This document shows, in pieces, positions 58,836 through 64,000 of a stretch of DNA of 64,000 bases. The stretch lies in NCBI GenBank assembly GCA_030153785.1, contig JASKLF010000002.1:118683-182682 (forward strand). Reading direction: 5' to 3'. The notes under the pieces were generated by a model. The model was not told the DNA's origin and did not search any database. It saw only the letters and a program-made list of their open reading frames with translations. How positions within the stretch are numbered: the first letter of the stretch is position 1; the number at the start of each line of letters is the position of its first letter. This DNA comes from a bacterium. Lineage in GTDB: Bacteria; Synergistota; GBS-1. The position numbers were made by a program, and so were the translations under genes.

Positions 58836-59933
58836 CTATAGGGGGTTAAGGGTAGCATCCACACCAAGCTCCGAAGCTATAGCATTAATCTCCTCTACAA
58901 CTTTGTAATAAAGCTTTACCTTCTCCTTTTGCTCAGCAGCCTTTTCGTATTCCTTCTCTCCCGGAACATATATCCTCGTGCAATTCTCTCTCTTCTCGGC
59001 CGCCTTTATTTCCTCCACAAATCTGGAAAGATTCCTTTTAAACACATCAGGCTCTATGAAGGCATCTATCCTCATCGCTCCTAAAAAGTGCCCCACTCCA
59101 GAAGGTTTTCCTTTCTCCTCATAAAGATGAATGCCAAATATACCGCCGGAAAGAACACCCGACAGAACATCGACCACAAAGGAAAGTCCATAACCCTTAT
59201 GACCTCCCGTCTCTTCATCAGCGCCTCCTAAAGGAAGCAAACCTCCTCCACGCCTTGCTGCCATGTTATCCAATACTCTACCAGGGTCGTCACAGGGATT
59301 ACCAAATTCATCGGTAGCCCAGCATAACGGTATTTTCTTACCCATTCTCCTATACACCTCAAGCTTACCCTGAGGAACCGTAGAAGTAGCCATATCGAGA
59401 ACCACAGGCCACCCCTTCTCTATGGGGAAAGCTATAGATATGGGATTGGTTCCAAGAAAAACATTTCTCCCAAAGGTAGGAACCATCAAGGGTGTAGAAT
59501 TCGTTAGGGATATTCCTATCATATCTCTTTCCAATGCCATCATAGCGTAGTAGCCTGCTATCCCGTAGTGATTAGAATTCCTGATAGCAGCAAAACAAAC
59601 GTTATTTTTCTCGGCCTTCTCTATAACCTTCTTCATCGCCTTATATGCGACAACCTGACCGAGGCCTCCTTGACCATCTATGGTCAGGGTGTTAGCCGTC
59701 TCTTTAACTATGATACCCTCAACCCCCGGGATCATCATCCCTGTTTTAATACCGTCTACATACCTTTTCAACCTTCCAACACCGTGAGAATCGATGCCTC
59801 TCTTATCCGCTTCAATCAAAACATCAGCTGTAATCTCCGCATGCTCCTCAGGAACATTAAGAGAGATAAAAACCTTCTTTACCACATTTTTTAACTCGTC
59901 TACCCTTACCTCAAGCCACTCCTTCTGAGCCAA
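58836..59933 (-). CDS. Ldh2/ComC/AllD family oxidoreductase (malate/L-lactate dehydrogenase type 2)
   Basis: ADKRGIDSHG, SNHYGIAGYY, GTNPIS, LDMATS, GHKGYGL, VPGE; TTG at 59933 lies 8 nt after GGAGG. Confidence 0.93.
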   Translation of the reverse strand: MAQKEWLEVRVDELKNVVKKVFISLNVPEEHAEITADVLIEADKRGIDSHGVGRLKRYVDGIKTGMMIPGVEGIIVKETANTLTIDGQGGLGQVVAYKAMKKVIEKAEKNNVCFAAIRNSNHYGIAGYYAMMALERDMIGISLTNSTPLMVPTFGRNVFLGTNPISIAFPIEKGWPVVLDMATSTVPQGKLEVYRRMGKKIPLCWATDEFGNPCDDPGRVLDNMAARRGGGLLPLGGADEETGGHKGYGLSFVVDVLSGVLSGGIFGIHLYEEKGKPSGVGHFLGAMRIDAFIEPDVFKRNLSRFVEEIKAAEKRENCTRIYVPGEKEYEKAAEQKEKVKLYYKVVEEINAIASELGVDATLNPL

Positions 59934-60050
59934 CTTCATCCCTCCTTGCCGATCAGGTTTATTCATTATTATACAACAAGGAGGGCACAAAAATGTTTGC
60001 TATTTTTTAACTGGCTCCGTAATAAAAGGTGCTTTCTATATTAGCGAATT

Positions 60051-61097
60051 TTAAGTTTCCGATTTTATCTCACCAGCAAAGTTTGTAAGCATCATATTTA
60101 TAATCTCGTCGTAAGCGCTAACTCGTCCTAAAACCCACATCAGTTTAACCACTGCAACTTCGCTAAGCATATCATGAAGGGAAACGGCTCCAGCTTCCAT
60201 CAATCGCTTTGCCACATAATAAGGTTTCGGACCAAATCTTACAACGCCCTTTAAGTAGCATTGTGAAGTTACAAATACGGGAATTCCCCTCTCCCGAAGT
60301 TTTTTTATTGCATCTATCAAGGAAAGAGGCTCGGTAACTCGAGCTCCTCCCGAACCAAAAGATTCAAGAACTATCCCCTTTATACCAGCCTCCGCTAAGT
60401 CCTCAAGGATTTTCGGTTTAAATCCGGGAAAGAGCTTAATTAAAGCCACGCTATTATCAAGGTTAGTCTCGGCATAAACAGCTCCCTCAGATTGCTTACT
60501 CGAAGTCCCTACCTTCTTTGAATTTAGATTAACAATGCCGTTTTCAATATAGCCCACGTATTCAGAGTTAACGCTAACAAAGGCTCCGAAATCGCTTGAG
60601 CTTATCTTCCTCGCTCTAACTCCACTTATAATCTTTCCATCGAAAACCAAAAAAACCCCACCTATGGAGACCTTCGTTAAAAAGGTGAGAGAGTCAAGAA
60701 AGTTTCGGACACCGTCAGAACCCTCCTCAAGTATGGGTATCATTGAACCGGTTAAAACCACAGGTTTGTTCAAATTTCTTAGCATGAAGCTTAAAGCGGC
60801 AGAGGTATAATGCATCGTGTCTGTTCCATGAGTTATTAAGATACCATCATAACTTTCTATATTCTCCCCCACGAACTTCGCAAGATCAACCCAAATTTGG
60901 GGTATCATTTCAGAGCTATCTATAAATTCGATAACATCGCTTCTAATCTCCAAATAGATATCGGCGGGAACAATCCTATCAACGATAGTCTTAATCATAT
61001 CCTTAGGCGCAGGAACATATGAATCGCTTGCCTCGTCATAAATCATATCTATGGTCCCACCGGTCCTAACCCATAATATTCTCTTCAAAAAGGTCAC
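60051..61097 (-). CDS. Type I (cytoplasmic) L-asparaginase family protein
   Basis: TGGTI, DSSEM, THGTDTM, PVVLTGS, RARK, FGSG. Confidence 0.92.
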   Translation of the reverse strand: MTFLKRILWVRTGGTIDMIYDEASDSYVPAPKDMIKTIVDRIVPADIYLEIRSDVIEFIDSSEMIPQIWVDLAKFVGENIESYDGILITHGTDTMHYTSAALSFMLRNLNKPVVLTGSMIPILEEGSDGVRNFLDSLTFLTKVSIGGVFLVFDGKIISGVRARKISSSDFGAFVSVNSEYVGYIENGIVNLNSKKVGTSSKQSEGAVYAETNLDNSVALIKLFPGFKPKILEDLAEAGIKGIVLESFGSGGARVTEPLSLIDAIKKLRERGIPVFVTSQCYLKGVVRFGPKPYYVAKRLMEAGAVSLHDMLSEVAVVKLMWVLGRVSAYDEIINMMLTNFAGEIKSET

Positions 61098-62302
61098 CCC
61101 TTTCTAAACCTTCTAAATTTTAAATTTAGCTCTCTCTGTGCATCCTCGATCCCTTCCCAAAGCCTTAAAGTAGCCTTCCTCAAAATTAAAACCGTCTCAT
61201 CCACATCCCTCTCATCAACGAAAGGTATTCTATATTCCTCGATATAAGCCTTGGGCAAACACATGGAAATAACGGCACCTGTCCCCGGCATTAGGCCAAC
61301 CGCCCTCGCTACCCTATTAATCTGAGAGCTCATGAAAACGATGCCGCCCGCATCCTCAGAAACCAGCTTAGCAAGTTCTCCTAAAAGCAAAGCTCTTTTT
61401 CGCGAGGTTTTAGACTTAGAAAGGGCTTTTGCAAGGTTAAGCAAATGCTTAAGAAACCTCTCAACCTCAACTTCTATGGCAGGCTTATCAAGTAATGGGA
61501 ATGCCGTATCCAAACACAAAAATGGGAAGGAAAGCTCCTCGAGGGCTTTACACAAACTTGATGCAACGGTGGAATTATCCACTTCCTTATTATATCTAAC
61601 AAGAAAACTTCTTTGGCTAATCTCAATTGCAGGGTTAAAGGCCTTGCTCTCCACCACTATAGTAGGAGTCTTCAAAGCTCTGAGCTTCTTCAAAAGTCGA
61701 AGCTTTATCCCCCTGTAAACATTTCCCTCCAGATCTTCACAAGGACCCAAGCCAGCCCTCGAACCATTCACGGTAGCTACCAAAGTCAAAGGAACCCCGT
61801 TAAAATCAAGGTTCACTCCCCAAACTATATCAGAGCACACATCATCTGAAGACTTAAACATTACAGACCCCGGGACAGCATTCTTTAAAGCCTCTAAGAT
61901 GCTTTCCGCCAAAGCATACATGAAGGATACTGCAACTTCGCTAACCCCGTTACCGTAAAACTCACCAAAAACCTCGAGTGCTGAACGCTGAATAAAAAGG
62001 GGGTTAACCCCCGCCCTTTTAAGGGCATAAGCTTCAAAGGGAGTTAACCCCCGACGAGGTCTACCCACACCAACCCCACCATGAGAGGTGAGGACCTCTA
62101 TCTTATCCTTGTCAGCCCTAATCTCCTCAAGCTCAATCTTTAAACCAAATAGTTCCCGAACAAACCCAACAACAGCTAAAAAACCCAGGGAATCATCCTG
62201 AACAAAACCGGAGTGACTAAAAAGATGTCCAACACCTATATGCCCAGCTATGCAAATTCTTCTTTCTTTATTAATCGGGAGCATAAAACTTTGCCTTATC
62301 AA
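61094..62302 (-). CDS. Conserved-looking hypothetical protein with His/Asp-rich N-terminal motif
   Basis: 402-aa ORF overlapping both neighbours; GHIGVGHLFSHSGFVQDDS, GPCEDLEGN, ESKAF; no family recognised. Confidence 0.75.
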   Translation of the reverse strand: MIRQSFMLPINKERRICIAGHIGVGHLFSHSGFVQDDSLGFLAVVGFVRELFGLKIELEEIRADKDKIEVLTSHGGVGVGRPRRGLTPFEAYALKRAGVNPLFIQRSALEVFGEFYGNGVSEVAVSFMYALAESILEALKNAVPGSVMFKSSDDVCSDIVWGVNLDFNGVPLTLVATVNGSRAGLGPCEDLEGNVYRGIKLRLLKKLRALKTPTIVVESKAFNPAIEISQRSFLVRYNKEVDNSTVASSLCKALEELSFPFLCLDTAFPLLDKPAIEVEVERFLKHLLNLAKALSKSKTSRKRALLLGELAKLVSEDAGGIVFMSSQINRVARAVGLMPGTGAVISMCLPKAYIEEYRIPFVDERDVDETVLILRKATLRLWEGIEDAQRELNLKFRRFRKG

Positions 62303-63530
62303 ATTCCCCTAACCCTTTAGCTACAACCATAACTCCGAGAGGATCGCCTGTAACATTAAGCATGGTATTAGGCATATCTATAAGGGTATAAATCCCAGCT
62401 ATCCACGGTATCGGCGTGAGAGGAAGTCCCATTATAGAGAGAGTAATAGCCGCAACAATGATACCACCACCTGGAACACCAGCACAAGCTGCGGCACCTA
62501 TAACACCTAAAAATAACGCTATAGCTATCTGCCCGCCTGTTAAGGAAACCCCAAACATCTGACTTGACCACGCAACATATATGGGCATCTCAGCTGCAAC
62601 AGCCTGCATATTGATGGTAGCAGCTATTGGTATTATCAACTGAGCCATGTCCACGGGAACTCCCAGCTTGCTTGCCCTCTCAAGCGTGACAGGCATTGTA
62701 GCACTACTTGAAGTCGTGGAAAAGGCGGTTATCATCGCAGGATATATCTTTCTCCAGTACTGTAAAGGATTAACACCAAGGTATCCCGCAAGTATAATAG
62801 GATGAACGACAAGAAGTATGATCCCATATGCAATCCACTGGGTCAAAACCATCTTGAAAACCGCACCTAACACCATCCCTCCTGCGACTCCTACAAGATT
62901 AGCAGCGAGAGCAAAGATACCTATAGGAGCATACCACAAAACGATATCGATAAACTTATAAATAACACCAAGTATGGCATTAAGCATATCTACAAAAAGC
63001 TGTTTCTTATCAGGCATATCCTTTCCCAGAAGCACAGCAGCAAACCCCATAAGAATGGCAGCAACAATGATTTGCATTCCCTGAAGGTTAAGGAAAGGAG
63101 CAATGAAATTATTAGGAATAACGGTAGCTATTATATCCTCTAAGCTTGCAAGTTTTGGCGGAGTCCAGCCAGGAGGAGGCTCCAGTTTAACCCCCACACC
63201 CGGTTTTATAATTCCGGCTACCGTAAACCCAATAAACGCCGCTATAAGTCCCACGATAGCCCAGTAAAGCAAAAACCTACCAAAGACCTTACCAAGTCTG
63301 CGCATATCAGCAACAAAAGATATAGCCAGAGTTATAGAAACAAAGATTAAAGGACCGATTAAAAACTTTAAAAGGGATATAAATACATCGCCCAAAGGCT
63401 TAATAACCGCCACATTAGGACCAGCAACGTACCCCACAAGCGCGCCGAGGAAAAACGCCAAAAGCATAAACAAGGGACGCTTGCCAAGCTTTAGTGGAAC
63501 CGCTAACTGATTATTACTCAAGAACAACAC
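62271..63530 (-). CDS. Dicarboxylate/amino acid:cation symporter (DAACS/SLC1) family protein, atypical
   Basis: GDVFISLLK, IPNN, APIGIFAL, AFSTTSSSATMP, GVPGGG, NVTGD. Confidence 0.92.
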   Translation of the reverse strand: MLFLSNNQLAVPLKLGKRPLFMLLAFFLGALVGYVAGPNVAVIKPLGDVFISLLKFLIGPLIFVSITLAISFVADMRRLGKVFGRFLLYWAIVGLIAAFIGFTVAGIIKPGVGVKLEPPPGWTPPKLASLEDIIATVIPNNFIAPFLNLQGMQIIVAAILMGFAAVLLGKDMPDKKQLFVDMLNAILGVIYKFIDIVLWYAPIGIFALAANLVGVAGGMVLGAVFKMVLTQWIAYGIILLVVHPIILAGYLGVNPLQYWRKIYPAMITAFSTTSSSATMPVTLERASKLGVPVDMAQLIIPIAATINMQAVAAEMPIYVAWSSQMFGVSLTGGQIAIALFLGVIGAAACAGVPGGGIIVAAITLSIMGLPLTPIPWIAGIYTLIDMPNTMLNVTGDPLGVMVVAKGLGEFDKAKFYAPD

Positions 63531-63565
63531 CCCCCCTTTTCTTAGGCTTTAATGCTTACAAATAA

Positions 63566-63593
63566 ATTATAGTGCTTTAAGTTAAAATAGCAA
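63566..63593 (-). promoter_or_regulatory. Putative promoter of the transporter-hypothetical-asparaginase operon
   Basis: TTGCTA - 16 bp - TATAAT on the minus strand. Confidence 0.55.
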
Positions 63594-63675
63594 AGGTTTC
63601 TGTGGTAAGGAAAAGCAAGTTTTAACAAAAATAACAAAGCCTTCTCACCCTAATCGCCAGAAAATCACAAGAAAA

Positions 63676-63716
63676 TTAAAAAGCGGGGGCATCGTTAAGA
63701 CGCCCCCGCTTTTTAA
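63676..63716. terminator. Bidirectional intrinsic terminator
   Basis: TTAAAAAGCGGGGGC / GCCCCCGCTTTTTAA inverted repeat with a T-tract on both strands. Confidence 0.9.
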
Positions 63717-63737
63717 AAGCCAACTAAAAAGAGCCCG

Positions 63738-63872
63738 TCACTTTCTTAGCAAGTTACCCACAGGACACACAGCGCACCAAGCCCTGTAGTTGTAATATAT
63801 AGAAAGAGGTATTCCCACCGCGCTGGATATAAAACACGCCCTGTAAAAGATTAATCCCAATTTTTTAAACAT
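63738..63872 (-). pseudogene. Short ORF or remnant of a membrane 4Fe-4S-binding (Fer4_5-type) protein
   Basis: Hand translation MFKKLGLIFYRACFISSAVGIPLSIYYNYRAWCAVCPVGNLLRK; R-x-W-C-x2-C-P-x-G motif after a TM helix. Confidence 0.55.
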
Positions 63873-63898
63873 CTCGATACCTTCGTAATCAAATGGCC

Positions 63899-64000
63899 TC
63901 ACCTAATTGACGGCTCTTTCAAAATCTGGACAGGGTCTTGGTGGGCAAGTTCTGGAAATTCAAGGAATTCAACATCTACCTTATCATTAAAGATTTTTAC
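63899..64000 (-). CDS. 3' end of an unidentified gene entering from the window edge
   Basis: Open frame ...VKIFNDKVDVEFLEFPELAHQDPVQILKEPSIR* ending at TGA 63901-63899. Confidence 0.4.
   Translation of the reverse strand, partial: VKIFNDKVDVEFLEFPELAHQDPVQILKEPSIR

Noticed and set aside
60051..61097. Asparaginase as archaeal GatD
   Set aside because: Lacks the GatD N-terminal extension, and no gatE is nearby
1..64000. CRISPR array, tRNA/rRNA, IS or prophage
   Set aside because: No regularly spaced direct repeats, cloverleafs, transposase or integrase seen, and intergenic space is minimal. By-eye inspection only.

Overview
This is chromosomal DNA from a bacterium with a compact, AT-leaning genome. 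The K/E/I-rich proteins and Thermotoga/Thermococcales-like accessory genes suggest a thermophilic anaerobe, and the synteny is Terrabacteria/Synergistota-like; taxonomy is inferred only. Layout: a truncated dCache membrane sensor sits divergent from guaA-rnr. A ~37 kb run of 37 minus-strand genes (4621-41679) follows, mostly housekeeping: rpsO-pnp-dut-rnj-uppP-maf-DUF5693-csaB-split transketolase-ftsEX-envC-DUF951-rlmH-ybaB-recR-PIN/TRAM-ispF-rlpA-gltX-GT2-thrS-RluA-infC-rpmI-rplT-pheST-zapB/zapA-cvpA-mutS2. That run ends in an unusual block: an FtsA-like actin ATPase with five beta-grasp-like repeats, a Ser/Thr kinase-UvrD helicase fusion, an orphan CheW and an HD-GYP protein. The accessory half (41.8-64 kb) holds a flavodiiron protein, alkaline phosphatase, a PAS-histidine kinase split at a TTT-TGA +1 site, GntR/amidohydrolase, an EndoIII-like gene, a glycerol-3-P-dehydrogenase-like trio, a radical SAM-HhH protein, azlCD, an Opp transporter, an Ldh2 oxidoreductase, and an operon of an atypical DAACS transporter, an unknown protein and an asparaginase. 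L20-type and S15-type leader RNAs, several promoters, two probable leaderless genes and non-AUG starts are visible. I saw no rRNA, tRNA, CRISPR array or mobile element. All calls come from reading motifs by eye; no database searches were run.
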